This document shows positions 1 to 8,690 of a stretch of DNA of 64,000 nt, one piece after another. The first letter of the stretch is position 1, and each line of letters begins with the position of its first letter. Both the position numbers and the translations under genes were made by a program. Source of the stretch: an uncultured Bdellovibrionales bacterium (GTDB taxonomy: Bacteria; Patescibacteriota; Minisyncoccia; Moranbacterales; UBA1568); the NCBI GenBank assembly GCA_964398485.1, contig CAYNMD010000001.1:5072-69071 (forward strand), read 5' to 3'. A model generated the notes under the pieces. It ran no database searches. It was not told the origin of the DNA and saw only the letters and a program-made list of their open reading frames with translations.

Positions 1-103
1 ATTTGACTATCTTGAATACTTTGGTGAGGTGAACAAACTCAAGGATTGAAAACGGCGGGGAGCGCAGAGCGCACCTCGCCGTAGATAATTTTTTAAGAGA
101 GAG

Positions 104-2314
104 TTACTTACCGAGTTTGTGCGGATTATGATTGGGACAGGTTTTATCGCTGCACCGTTCTGGAATCGTTTTGGTACCTTCCATCATAAGCGCACCGCAC
201 TGCTTTCCATCTTTATCATCGCGCTTATAAGTACAGAGGCTGCCCGTCGGCTTGGCTTTAATGGCGTGCTTACAGTCAGGGTAATTGGAGCAGCTGTAGA
301 AGATTCCAAAGCGGCCACGACGTTCCGCCATTTCACCTTTATTGCAGACGGGACACTTTACACCAGTCGTTACCTGCGGAGCATTTTCATCCTTTTTGAT
401 AAATTTGCATTTTGGATAATTGTTGCAGGCAACAAATGATCCGAATCGTCCGCTGCGCTCGACGAGTTCGCCCTTGCCACACTGAGGGCAGGTTTCACCA
501 GTTCCTTTTGGTCCCTCAACTACTGTTCCTTCGAGAGTGAGCGCTCCTGTGCAATCAGGAAATTTGGAACAGCTATAAAATTTACCACTGCGGCCAAGCT
601 TGATAATCATACTACTTCCGCACACTGGACACTTCATGGTGTCTGGTGCTGGACCGAGGTTGGACATTTTTTCGAGTTTTTCTTTACTCTTTACTTCTTT
701 CGTAAATGGCCCGTAGAAGTTTTTGAGTGTTTTTTCGTATTCTCGTTTGCCCTCGGCGATTTCATCGAGCTCATCTTCCATTTCAGCAGTAAATGTATCC
801 GAAACAAAACGCTCGAAATGAGCAGAAAGAAAATCATCTACTACCTCACCGGTTTCAGTAGGAATAAGGGTACGGCCATCTTTGACGACATAATCACGGG
901 CTTGGATAGTCTGGATAATCGCTGCGTAGGTTGATGGGCGACCGATCCCACGCTTCTCCAGTTCCTTGACGAGCCCTGCTTCGGTATAACGTTTGGGTGG
1001 CTCAGTCCATTTTTCTTCACTGGTCATATCGAGGAGCGTCAGCGCCTCACCAACGGTTACCTTGGGAAGTTCGGTATCTTCACCACGGGCAGTGATATCT
1101 TCGGTGAGCCAACCAGGGAAAACGACGATTGAACCAGTAACAGCGAAAGATGGCACTGTTGTATCTTCAGCTTCGGCAACAATTTTGGTACGGATGAGTT
1201 CGGCATCGGCCATTTGCGAACTTATGGCACGAGTGCGAATCAGGGCGTAGAGGCGCTTCTCTTCATCGGTCCGACCATAGATTTTGGTATCAATATGAGT
1301 TGGTCTGATAGCCTCATGAGCCTCCTGGGCATTTTTACTTTTGGTCTTGAACGTGCGAGGCACAGCATATTTCTCGCCATATTGTTTTGAAATGAGAGCA
1401 AGAATACTGCTGGCAGCATCTTTACTCAAATTGGTTGAGTCGGTACGCATGTAGGTGATGTAACCAGCCTCGTAGAGTTTCTGGGCGATTTTCATGGTAC
1501 GACTGGGCGCAAAGCCAAGACGTGAACTGGCTGCCTGCTGGAGGGTAGAAGTAGTAAAGGGTGGATAGGGACTGCGTTTTCCGGGAGTCTCTTTGACATC
1601 AGCTACTTTCCAATGAGTTTTTTTGGATCGTTCTATGAGTGCTGCTGCCTCTTGTTGAACGGTGGCCTCATCCTTTTTTGGGCGAGGTTCAGTAGTATGG
1701 GTAAGGGTCAACTGAGCTTTGTGATCATTTTGAAATTGTCCAGTGAAGAGGAAGAAAATTTCAGGAATGAAAGCGCGAATCTCTTTTTCTCGCTCTACCA
1801 AAATATGGAGAGCGGGTGACTGGACGCGGCCAGCCGAAAGTCCATAGCGGAGTTTTTTCCAGATGAGACCGGAGAGATCGTAGCCGACAAGACGATCAAG
1901 TACGCGCCTCGCTTCTTGAGCCTTACGGAGATTGATATCGAGCGGTCTCGGATGCTGGATGGCTTCTTTGATGGCCGCTGGAGTGATCTCATAAAAGAGT
2001 ACTCGCGAAGGCTTCTTTAGCTTGGCCGTCTCTGCCACGTGCCAAGCAATCGCTTCTCCCTCACGGTCGGGGTCAGTAGCCAGGAGAACCTCTTTACTTT
2101 TTTTGGCGAGTCGACTAATTTCTTCAACGATGTGTTCTTTGCCGGGTGAAATCACGTAGTTTGGTTTGAAGCCGTTTTTGATGTCGATAGCTGATTTATT
2201 GCTTTTGGGAAGGTCTCGAACATGACCAACCGAAGCCACAACTTTGTATTCGCCATCCAAGTATTTTTCAATGGTCTTGGCTTTGGAGGGGGATTCGACA
2301 ATGAGAAGTTTCAT
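104..2314 (-). CDS. topA: DNA topoisomerase I (type IA) with C-terminal C4 zinc-ribbon repeats
   Basis: 736 aa; Toprim N-terminus (LIVESPSKAKTI..., DPDREGEAIAW); several CxxC...CxxC zinc ribbons at C-terminus. Confidence 0.9.
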   Translation of the reverse strand: MKLLIVESPSKAKTIEKYLDGEYKVVASVGHVRDLPKSNKSAIDIKNGFKPNYVISPGKEHIVEEISRLAKKSKEVLLATDPDREGEAIAWHVAETAKLKKPSRVLFYEITPAAIKEAIQHPRPLDINLRKAQEARRVLDRLVGYDLSGLIWKKLRYGLSAGRVQSPALHILVEREKEIRAFIPEIFFLFTGQFQNDHKAQLTLTHTTEPRPKKDEATVQQEAAALIERSKKTHWKVADVKETPGKRSPYPPFTTSTLQQAASSRLGFAPSRTMKIAQKLYEAGYITYMRTDSTNLSKDAASSILALISKQYGEKYAVPRTFKTKSKNAQEAHEAIRPTHIDTKIYGRTDEEKRLYALIRTRAISSQMADAELIRTKIVAEAEDTTVPSFAVTGSIVVFPGWLTEDITARGEDTELPKVTVGEALTLLDMTSEEKWTEPPKRYTEAGLVKELEKRGIGRPSTYAAIIQTIQARDYVVKDGRTLIPTETGEVVDDFLSAHFERFVSDTFTAEMEDELDEIAEGKREYEKTLKNFYGPFTKEVKSKEKLEKMSNLGPAPDTMKCPVCGSSMIIKLGRSGKFYSCSKFPDCTGALTLEGTVVEGPKGTGETCPQCGKGELVERSGRFGSFVACNNYPKCKFIKKDENAPQVTTGVKCPVCNKGEMAERRGRFGIFYSCSNYPDCKHAIKAKPTGSLCTYKRDDKDGKQCGALMMEGTKTIPERCSDKTCPNHNPHKLGK

Positions 2315-2355
2315 AATAGAGTCGGCAAAAACAGAAAACGATCAAAACGAAATTA

Positions 2356-3522
2356 TTATTTGATGCGGATGTATTGCATGTTACCAATATTTTTGATGAG
2401 TCCGCGCATTTCGAGTTTTGTGAGTAAGGCAGAACCCCTGGTCGTTTCTAGTCTAGAGACTTCTAACACCTTGTCAATGTGGAGCGGGTCACGTGAGAGG
2501 CAGTTAATAATTTTTTGCTCTTCTTCATTGAGATGAGTGAGTGGAGTGCTTGCTGTCTCAGCTTGAGATGGGAACGCTTCCAACTGTAGCTCATTCAAAA
2601 TATCTTGTACACCAGTGACGAGTTTGGCCCCTTGCTTCAGGAGATTGTTGGAACCAGTGGCGAGTGGTGAAAAAATTGATCCAGGGACGGCGAATACTTC
2701 CCGATTGAAATCGAGAGCGAGTCTGGCGGTGATGAGGCTGCCACTCTCTTCTTTGGCTTCGATAACCACGGTACCCAAAGTCATTCCGGCGATGATTCGA
2801 TTGCGGGCAGGAAAGGTGCCAGTCGTTGGTGGTGTTCCAGGAGCGTATTCGGAGATGAGGGTACCATGCTGCAAAATCGAATGAGCGAGACGGAGATGAC
2901 TTTGCGGAGCAAGAGAGGCATCATCAATACCACCACCGAGGATAGCGACAGTGGGCATTTCGGCCAGGAGTGCTCCTTCGTGAGCGAGAGAATCAATACC
3001 AAAAGCGAGACCCGAGATAATGGTGATGCCAGCACGTGAGAGCTCACGACTGAGTTCTTCGGCCACTTGTTTCCCATACGGCGAGTAGTCGCGTGAACCA
3101 ACGATAGCGATGCAGGGCTTTTCATTCCATTGTTTCCAGTGACCACGCAGGTAGAGGAGAGCCGGTGGACTCGGTATTTCTTGAAGGAGAATGGGGTAAT
3201 CGGGATCAGTAAAGGGGAGGAGGGTAATATCAGCTGCTGCTAGCTTTTGTTTTTCTTCCTCACAATCGATAGTGTGTCGCTTGGTGTCGATACCGGTAGG
3301 GTTAAAGCGACTGGCAAATTTTATGTCCTCCCACTCAGTTTCGCTGGCTTCCCAGGCGACTTTGGCCGATCCAAAGTGAGCCACTGCCTCTCGAAGAGTT
3401 TTGCTACCGCAGCCAGGGAGAGAATTGAGGAGATGAAAGTAAAAGGCTTCATTCATATAGAGAGAGGTCCGAAATGACCCCCATTCTAAGTGAAACAGGG
3501 TTTTCGTGCAAATGAGACACAT
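2356..3522 (-). CDS. dprA: DNA processing protein DprA (Smf)
   Basis: Rossmann-like core (IVGSRDYSPYG, GLAFGIDSLAHEGAL), N-terminal SAM-like segment (LLNSLPGCGSKTL). The true start may be the internal Met (MNEAFYF..., about 3456). Confidence 0.8.
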   Translation of the reverse strand: MCLICTKTLFHLEWGSFRTSLYMNEAFYFHLLNSLPGCGSKTLREAVAHFGSAKVAWEASETEWEDIKFASRFNPTGIDTKRHTIDCEEEKQKLAAADITLLPFTDPDYPILLQEIPSPPALLYLRGHWKQWNEKPCIAIVGSRDYSPYGKQVAEELSRELSRAGITIISGLAFGIDSLAHEGALLAEMPTVAILGGGIDDASLAPQSHLRLAHSILQHGTLISEYAPGTPPTTGTFPARNRIIAGMTLGTVVIEAKEESGSLITARLALDFNREVFAVPGSIFSPLATGSNNLLKQGAKLVTGVQDILNELQLEAFPSQAETASTPLTHLNEEEQKIINCLSRDPLHIDKVLEVSRLETTRGSALLTKLEMRGLIKNIGNMQYIRIK

Positions 3523-3590
3523 TTGACTCTTTCTCGCCTTCTCGCTAGGCTACCCTCAAGTTTGGCTGGAGTCCCTAGCTGAACAATGTT

Positions 3591-3980
3591 TTGAAACTGG
3601 AGCAAGTGATGCAATTAGTGACACCTGTTGCCTCTTTGTTTCAATTGAAGCAAGAAGACGATCGTTTTTACGCAGACAATGATGATAACTATCGGCGATA
3701 CGAAAGAGTTCTTCGTTCCTATTGCCGCATGGCATGGTTTTATCACCGCTGTGACTACTGTCGTGAGTCGATAAATCCAGGCGACTTCTATCAAGCTTGG
3801 GTGCATGTTTCCCACCCACCGAAAAAAGTGCCTGGTAAGAGAAGAAAAAGGCGTCTGTGGGTTGAGAAAAAGCATGATCCTGAGTGTCCTGATGAGCTCC
3901 GCAGAATGGAGGAAGAGATGTATCAGCAATGGGAGCGCGAAGATCAAGCTAGACGGGATGCAGAGCGGAAATCAGCGTAG
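3591..3980 (+). CDS. hypothetical small basic Cys-containing protein (possible Zn-binding)
   Basis: 129 aa; CRMAWFYHRCDYC and ECPDE motifs, KRRKRR basic patch; preferred over the overlapping minus-strand ORF because it is more protein-like. Confidence 0.35.
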   Translation: MKLEQVMQLVTPVASLFQLKQEDDRFYADNDDNYRRYERVLRSYCRMAWFYHRCDYCRESINPGDFYQAWVHVSHPPKKVPGKRRKRRLWVEKKHDPECPDELRRMEEEMYQQWEREDQARRDAERKSA

Positions 3981-4033
3981 TGCGCTGACACGGGCTCGGG
4001 GCTCTTCGCAAAGAGACTCGGGCCCAAAACATT

Positions 4034-4522
4034 TTGTATACTAAATTTATGAAACAAACCAAACAATACTGGCTCATGAAAAGTGAGCCAGATGAGTATT
4101 CGATTGATGATCTCGCACGTGATAAACAATCGCCTTGGTTTGGGGTACGCAATTATCAGGCGAGAAATTTTATGCGAGATACGATGCGAGTGGGGGATGA
4201 AGTACTCTTTTATCACTCGAGTTGTCCAGAGCCGGGAGTAGTGGGTCTCGCTCAAGTAGCGAGTGCACCCTATCCTGATGAGACTCAGTTTGACCAGAAA
4301 AGCCCGTACTATGATCCCAAAGCCACCAAAGAGAGTCCACGTTGGACGTTGGTAGAGGTAAAATTTGTCAGAAAATTCAAACGGACTGTCTCACTATTGG
4401 TACTTCGTCAAGAAAAATCTCTGAAAAATCTCGTCATCCTTCGACCAGGCAATCGTCTTTCGATTACCCCAGTCACGTTAGCCGAATATACGATGATTAC
4501 TCGCCTCGGCGAGAAGAACTAA
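4034..4522 (+). CDS. EVE (PUA-like) domain protein
   Basis: YWLMKSEPDEYSIDDL..., WFGVRNYQARNFMR, typical EVE domain signature. Confidence 0.7.
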   Translation: MYTKFMKQTKQYWLMKSEPDEYSIDDLARDKQSPWFGVRNYQARNFMRDTMRVGDEVLFYHSSCPEPGVVGLAQVASAPYPDETQFDQKSPYYDPKATKESPRWTLVEVKFVRKFKRTVSLLVLRQEKSLKNLVILRPGNRLSITPVTLAEYTMITRLGEKN

Positions 4523-4530
4523 ATGAATTT

Positions 4531-4764
4531 TTATAGGTGAGCTTCAGTAGAAGTATCAAGCCATTCATCACTTGCCCGGTGAAATTCTTTGGTGGCGGCA
4601 TCAATTTTTGATTGTAATTCTACAGGGATAGGTTGGCCAGACATGACTATTCGATCAGCTTGGTCTTGGAGCTCAGTGAGAGCCTGCTCAGCTTGGAGAT
4701 ATTCCTCTCTCGCGACGGAGACAATGCTGTGTTCATACTTCATTCCGGTTGGTTGTTCAATCAT
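4531..4764 (-). CDS. hypothetical protein
   Basis: 77-aa ORF only; no recognisable domain. Confidence 0.25.
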   Translation of the reverse strand: MIEQPTGMKYEHSIVSVAREEYLQAEQALTELQDQADRIVMSGQPIPVELQSKIDAATKEFHRASDEWLDTSTEAHL

Positions 4765-4797
4765 AGGCTTTTGTCTCAGAAATAAGGTATATCGAAA

Positions 4798-5808
4798 TTA
4801 CTTGGGTGTAACGACATTTTTACATTGGCCCAGGGCGTAGCATTCGATATTATCGATTGTGGTGGAGAGAATGCGTTCGAGTGCTTCTTTGGAATAGAAG
4901 GCAATGTGTGGAGTGTAGACGACATTATCTCGACCGAGAAGGGCGTGGTCCTTGGCGAGCATCTGCAGTTCTGGTGCGCCATCTTGTTTGTTGAGGAGCT
5001 CCTTCTCTTCTCGGACAAGTAGTTCGCCTTCGAGGACATCGATGCCTACTCCAGCGAGTATGCCTTGGTCGAGTCCCATCATGAGAGCATCGGTTTCGAC
5101 GAGTTCACCGCGGGCCGTATTGATGAGAATGGTGCCGGGCTTCATGAGATTGATATTGTGTTGATTGATGAGGTGGTGAGTCTCTTTGGTGTAGGGAGTG
5201 TGCAGAGAAATAATATCTGATGATTCGAGGAGTTTGTGCAGCGGCACATACTGGAAGTCGAGCACTTCGGAGAGAAATTGATTCGGAAAAGCATCGTAGG
5301 CGAGTACCTTCATACCAAAGCCTTTGGCAATTTTGATCACATGGAGGCCAATTTTGCCAGCGCCGACGACTCCGAGTGTCTTGCCTTTGAGATCAAATCC
5401 GCGCAGTCCTTCGATAGCAAAGTCACCGGCGAGTCTTCTCACGTGAGACTTGTGCACATTTCGGGAGAGTGCCAGGATGAGGGCAAAGGTGTGTTCGGCT
5501 ACCGTATTTTCTCCATACGAAGGAACATTGGAAACGAGGATAGCACGTTCTTTGGCAGCTTCGAGATCGATATGATCAAAGCCGGTAGAACGGGTGACGA
5601 TGAGTTTGAGTTTGGGGAGGGCGTGGATGACTTCCGCGGTAACCTTACTGTAAATAAAGACAGAGAGGACTTCGCACTCGGCGAGTGAGGCGAGGTCTTT
5701 TTCTTCGATCGTACGATCAAAGAAAAAAAGCTGATGTCCTGCAAACCGTTCTTTGAGGGTTTCTTCTTCCCACTTTTGGATTTCAAAAAAGGCGAGCTGC
5801 ATAAGCAA
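4798..5808 (-). CDS. D-isomer specific 2-hydroxyacid dehydrogenase (D-lactate/phosphoglycerate dehydrogenase family)
   Basis: NAD-binding GVVGAGKIGLHV, catalytic domain motifs of the D-2-hydroxyacid dehydrogenase family. Confidence 0.85.
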   Translation of the reverse strand: MLMQLAFFEIQKWEEETLKERFAGHQLFFFDRTIEEKDLASLAECEVLSVFIYSKVTAEVIHALPKLKLIVTRSTGFDHIDLEAAKERAILVSNVPSYGENTVAEHTFALILALSRNVHKSHVRRLAGDFAIEGLRGFDLKGKTLGVVGAGKIGLHVIKIAKGFGMKVLAYDAFPNQFLSEVLDFQYVPLHKLLESSDIISLHTPYTKETHHLINQHNINLMKPGTILINTARGELVETDALMMGLDQGILAGVGIDVLEGELLVREEKELLNKQDGAPELQMLAKDHALLGRDNVVYTPHIAFYSKEALERILSTTIDNIECYALGQCKNVVTPK

Positions 5809-5861
5809 ACTTTGAATCAGTTATCTCCTCCTAGTATACCCCGGAGAAGAGAGTGATTCAA

Positions 5862-6650
5862 TTATTTGTTTTTTGTCCCTGTAGTTTTTTGATTGCGGAG
5901 GCCGTGACGAATAATCCATTCGGTAGCTGGCGAAAGTCCTTCTTTTTTCCATGCTGCGATAATAGCCTGAGCAAATGATGGATCTTCTTTCATGAGGTCA
6001 TTGAGGTTGTTGCCGACTGACTTTTGGACAAACCGGTCTTCATCATGACGAAGGTTGGAGAGGATGTTTTGATAGAGTTCTGGATAGTGGAGTGCTACGA
6101 GTAATTTTTTGGCCCAAGGGAGTTTGGGTCTCAGTCCTTCGCTGGCAAGTCTTCGTACGTGGACGCTGTCATCTTGGCTCCAACGGAGCATGAGTCGCAT
6201 AGTTTTTTGTGGTTCATTTGCTAGAAGTGGACGAATAGCAAATTCGCCCGTGTAGCGTTGGGTAAGTTCATAAATAAATTGACTAGAGATACTCCAATGA
6301 TCAGCGCCATGCTGTTCCACGTATCGGCCGAGAGGAGCAAGCCACCAACCATAGAGAAACATACCGTTTGATTCGGCAAGCTTTGGTCCCAAAAGAGAGG
6401 TGAAGAGCTGGAGATGTTCATCATACGTACCGGGGAGATGATGATGGAAAGCAGCAGCGTAGGCGTCGAGTCTTTCGCTATAACTTTTCCCGCGTAGAGT
6501 CCGTCTCAGCTCGGTGAGAAATTCCTCGGACGCAAAATCAGGCGTGAGAGCTGTTAGTTTTTCGGCGATGAGTTTGGCACAGGTGAGACCATAGTAGTCT
6601 TTGATTTTCTTGGCCATAGAGTTTCTTGTTTTTCTTACTCTACCATACAA
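5862..6650 (-). CDS. DNA alkylation repair enzyme (AlkD-like HEAT-repeat glycosylase family)
   Basis: Family-typical N-terminus (AKKIKDYYG...TPDFASEEF) and all-alpha composition; probable start at the MAKKIKD Met (about 6617). Confidence 0.65.
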   Translation of the reverse strand: MYGRVRKTRNSMAKKIKDYYGLTCAKLIAEKLTALTPDFASEEFLTELRRTLRGKSYSERLDAYAAAFHHHLPGTYDEHLQLFTSLLGPKLAESNGMFLYGWWLAPLGRYVEQHGADHWSISSQFIYELTQRYTGEFAIRPLLANEPQKTMRLMLRWSQDDSVHVRRLASEGLRPKLPWAKKLLVALHYPELYQNILSNLRHDEDRFVQKSVGNNLNDLMKEDPSFAQAIIAAWKKEGLSPATEWIIRHGLRNQKTTGTKNK

Positions 6651-6686
6651 AAAACCGCTTCTCCCAGGGGAAGCGGTTTTTGAATT

Positions 6687-7328
6687 TTATCGCACTACCA
6701 AAGTTGCTTCCTCGAGTGGGCGTCGTACCTTTGGTCTTTTGGTCCATTCATCAGCTGGGCTGCGGTACCCAAGAGCGAGCAGGGTCGTAGCAGTAAGGTG
6801 CTGGTCACCGAGACCCAGGATGGTATCAACGGCCTGAGGATCAAATCCCTCCATGGCAGCATTATCAATTCCAAGGAGAGAAGCAGTTCCCATCATAATG
6901 CCGAGAGGGATGTAGGTTTGGCAAGCAATCCAGCGATCGAGTGAGGTATCATCTTTTGAAGCGATGACCCCGTCAAGCATTTGACGAAAACCAGTGAGTG
7001 ATTCTACTGGTTGTCCTTGAATTTTGGCCGTCCGGTCAATACGTTCAGCGGCTATCGATTGTCTTACATCGGTGCGACGAGCGATGACAATGAGATGAGA
7101 GGCTTCGGTCACTCGCGGTTGACCATAGCTTGCTTCCTGAATAGCTTGGCGGAGCGCTTGATTTTCGACCACAATAAATTTCCAGGCTTCGAGACCAAAA
7201 CTTGATGGAGCGAGTCGTCCGCTTTCGAGGATAGTTTCGAGATCAGTGGGGCTGATCTTTTTGGTTGGATCAAATGACTGCACGGCAGCACGCCAGTGTA
7301 GGGCGTCTAGGATATCCTTTGGTTGCAT
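6687..7328 (-). CDS. NAD(P)H nitroreductase family protein
   Basis: Nitroreductase fold motifs (RRAVQSFD, SSFGLEAWKFIVV). Confidence 0.8.
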   Translation of the reverse strand: MQPKDILDALHWRAAVQSFDPTKKISPTDLETILESGRLAPSSFGLEAWKFIVVENQALRQAIQEASYGQPRVTEASHLIVIARRTDVRQSIAAERIDRTAKIQGQPVESLTGFRQMLDGVIASKDDTSLDRWIACQTYIPLGIMMGTASLLGIDNAAMEGFDPQAVDTILGLGDQHLTATTLLALGYRSPADEWTKRPKVRRPLEEATLVVR

Positions 7329-7399
7329 AGGGGAGTATACTTATGATATAAATGGGGTCTATGCTTCGACATGCATAGTACTATATTTAGTATAGTGTT

Positions 7400-7741
7400 A
7401 TGAAAACGAGTCGTCAAGGAAAAGATGAGGAGGTAGTGATGACTTCTGGAGGGAGGTGTCCTAAGCGTGCCCTAAAAATTTTTGGTGACTTCCAGACACT
7501 CTCTATTGTTGAGGTACTTGGTCAGGGCGAACTCCGATACTGCGCTCTTCAAAGAGCACTTGGTGATATGAACCCAGTGACACTTACCAAGAGGCTCAAA
7601 ATGCTCGAAGGCGAAGGGATTATTGGACGACGGACGGAGGCAATGGATAAACTCTCAGTTTCTTATTACTTGGAGGAGAAGGGGAAGCGGATGCTCCCGA
7701 TACTCCGAAATATGAGGGATTTTGCGATGCAGTATCTCTAA
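7400..7741 (+). CDS. HxlR-family winged-helix transcriptional regulator
   Basis: CP...AL.I.GD.W...I...L..G..RY..L.R.L......LT.RLK.LE motif; divergent to the nitroreductase gene. Confidence 0.8.
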   Translation: MKTSRQGKDEEVVMTSGGRCPKRALKIFGDFQTLSIVEVLGQGELRYCALQRALGDMNPVTLTKRLKMLEGEGIIGRRTEAMDKLSVSYYLEEKGKRMLPILRNMRDFAMQYL

Positions 7742-7822
7742 AAAGGGGTGTTTGGGCGCTAGAGAGGTTGCTCCACTTGATTCTTTTTTGAGGATATTGT
7801 AGCATTCAGGGTGCTTTTTAAC

Positions 7823-7896
7823 GGGCGATTAGCTCAGGTGGTTAGAGCGCGTCACTGATAATGACGAGGTCCCAAGTTCGAGTCTTGGATCGCCCA
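7823..7896 (+). tRNA. tRNA-Ile (anticodon GAT)
   Basis: Cloverleaf folded by hand: acceptor GGGCGAT/ATCGCCC, anticodon stem CGTCA/TGACG, loop CTGATAA, T-arm CCAAG-TTCGAGT-CTTGG; no encoded CCA. Confidence 0.85.
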
Positions 7897-7928
7897 CATC
7901 TGGAAGGCAGCGTCCAGAAAGTATATAC

Positions 7929-8002
7929 AGCGGGGTAGAGCAGTCTGGCAGCTCGTCTGGCTCATAACCAGAAGGTCGGTGGTTCAAATCCACCCCCCGC
8001 AA
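7929..8002 (+). tRNA. initiator tRNA-fMet (anticodon CAT)
   Basis: Near-identical architecture to bacterial initiator tRNA (GCGGGG..GAGCAG..CTCATAA..GGTTCAAATCC..CCCCCGCAA); 1:72 mismatch (A x A), A11:U24 in the D-stem. Confidence 0.8.
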
Positions 8003-8072
8003 CAAACTTCGCATTCAGCAGGTGACAGATACTGAGGCATCTTCTCTTGCTTGGCTAAGTTGGGTATAATTT

Positions 8073-8146
8073 GCCAGGGTAGCTCAGTTGGTTAGAGCAC
8101 GGGACTCATAAGCCCGGGGTCGAGAGTTCGAATCTCTCCCCTGGTA
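8073..8146 (+). tRNA. tRNA with CAT anticodon (elongator Met or Ile-lysidine type), atypical
   Basis: Acceptor GCCAGGG/CCCTGGT with G1.U72 wobble, D-arm GCTC-AGTTGGTTA-GAGC, loop CTCATAA, anticodon stem CGGGA/GCCCG with an A31.G39 mismatch, T-arm GAGAG-TTCGAAT-CTCTC. Confidence 0.6.
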
Positions 8147-8162
8147 CTGGGCGAAAATTGAA

Positions 8163-8226
8163 TATCACGGGGGCGTACCCACCCGAACGACTGAGAGCCG
8201 TTCAGTCGGGCGGGGCTCAGCTGGCT
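8163..8226 (+). repeat. partial duplicate of the tRNA-Asp 5' region (ATATNACGGGGGCGTA...GCTCAGCTGG) interrupted by a 37-nt hairpin-forming insert
   Basis: Direct comparison with the start of the intact tRNA-Asp at 8457-8482: about 25 nt identical if the insert CCCACCCGAACGACTGAGAGCCGTTCAGTCGGGCGGG is removed. Confidence 0.6.
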
Positions 8227-8472
8227 ATGTACACTGTTTATGTTTTACAAGATAATCGGGGAAGGTTATACAAGGGCATGACCAATAACCTGGTTCGACG
8301 ACTTGCAGAACATAAAGGGGGTACAACAAAAACTACGCGTTCTATGAAGGATCTGCGTGTTGTATACTCCGAAGAGCATCCCGACAGAGTGTCAGCAAGA
8401 AAGCGAGAGATGTATTTAAAGTCTGCTGCTGGGAGGAGGTTTTTGAAGAAAATTTTATATACGGGGGCGTAG
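8227..8472 (+). CDS. GIY-YIG nuclease superfamily protein (UPF0213/YhbQ-like)
   Basis: YTVYVLQDNRGRLYKGMTNNLVRRLAEHK GIY-YIG motif; ATG at 8227 preferred over the tool's TTG at 8158; stop codon TAG overlaps the first 10 nt of tRNA-Asp. Confidence 0.7.
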   Translation: MYTVYVLQDNRGRLYKGMTNNLVRRLAEHKGGTTKTTRSMKDLRVVYSEEHPDRVSARKREMYLKSAAGRRFLKKILYTGA

Positions 8473-8539
8473 CTCAGCTGGTTAGAGCGACTGCCTGTCA
8501 CGCAGTAGGTCGCCGGTTCGAGTCCGGTCGTCCCCGCCA
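8463..8539 (+). tRNA. tRNA-Asp (anticodon GTC), CCA encoded
   Basis: Acceptor GGGGGCG/CGTCCCC (one G.U), D-arm GCTC-AGCTGGTTA-GAGC, anticodon stem ACTGC/GCAGT, loop CTGTCAC, T-arm GCCGG-TTCGAGT-CCGGT, discriminator G + CCA. Confidence 0.85.
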
Positions 8540-8690
8540 TTCGGGATAAGCAGGTACATTAGTATCTGTTTTTCCTTTTGTAGAAGCCTCAAACACCGGT
8601 TCGAGGGTACTCTTTTTCACCATGAGACTCTCCTCACTTTTACCAATCAGTAAAAAGATTCTATACTATTAAAAACTAATAATTTCAACT

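Noticed and set aside
2781-3146. Overlapping alternative-frame ORFs inside dprA, topA, uvrA, uvrB and other long genes
   Set aside because: Shadow ORFs within well-supported longer genes.
7829-8540. ORFs 7829-8014 (-) and 8238-8540 (-) and the TTG-initiated extension 8158-8226 of the GIY-YIG ORF
   Set aside because: They overlap tRNA genes or the tRNA-Asp fragment; the GIY-YIG family begins at the internal ATG.
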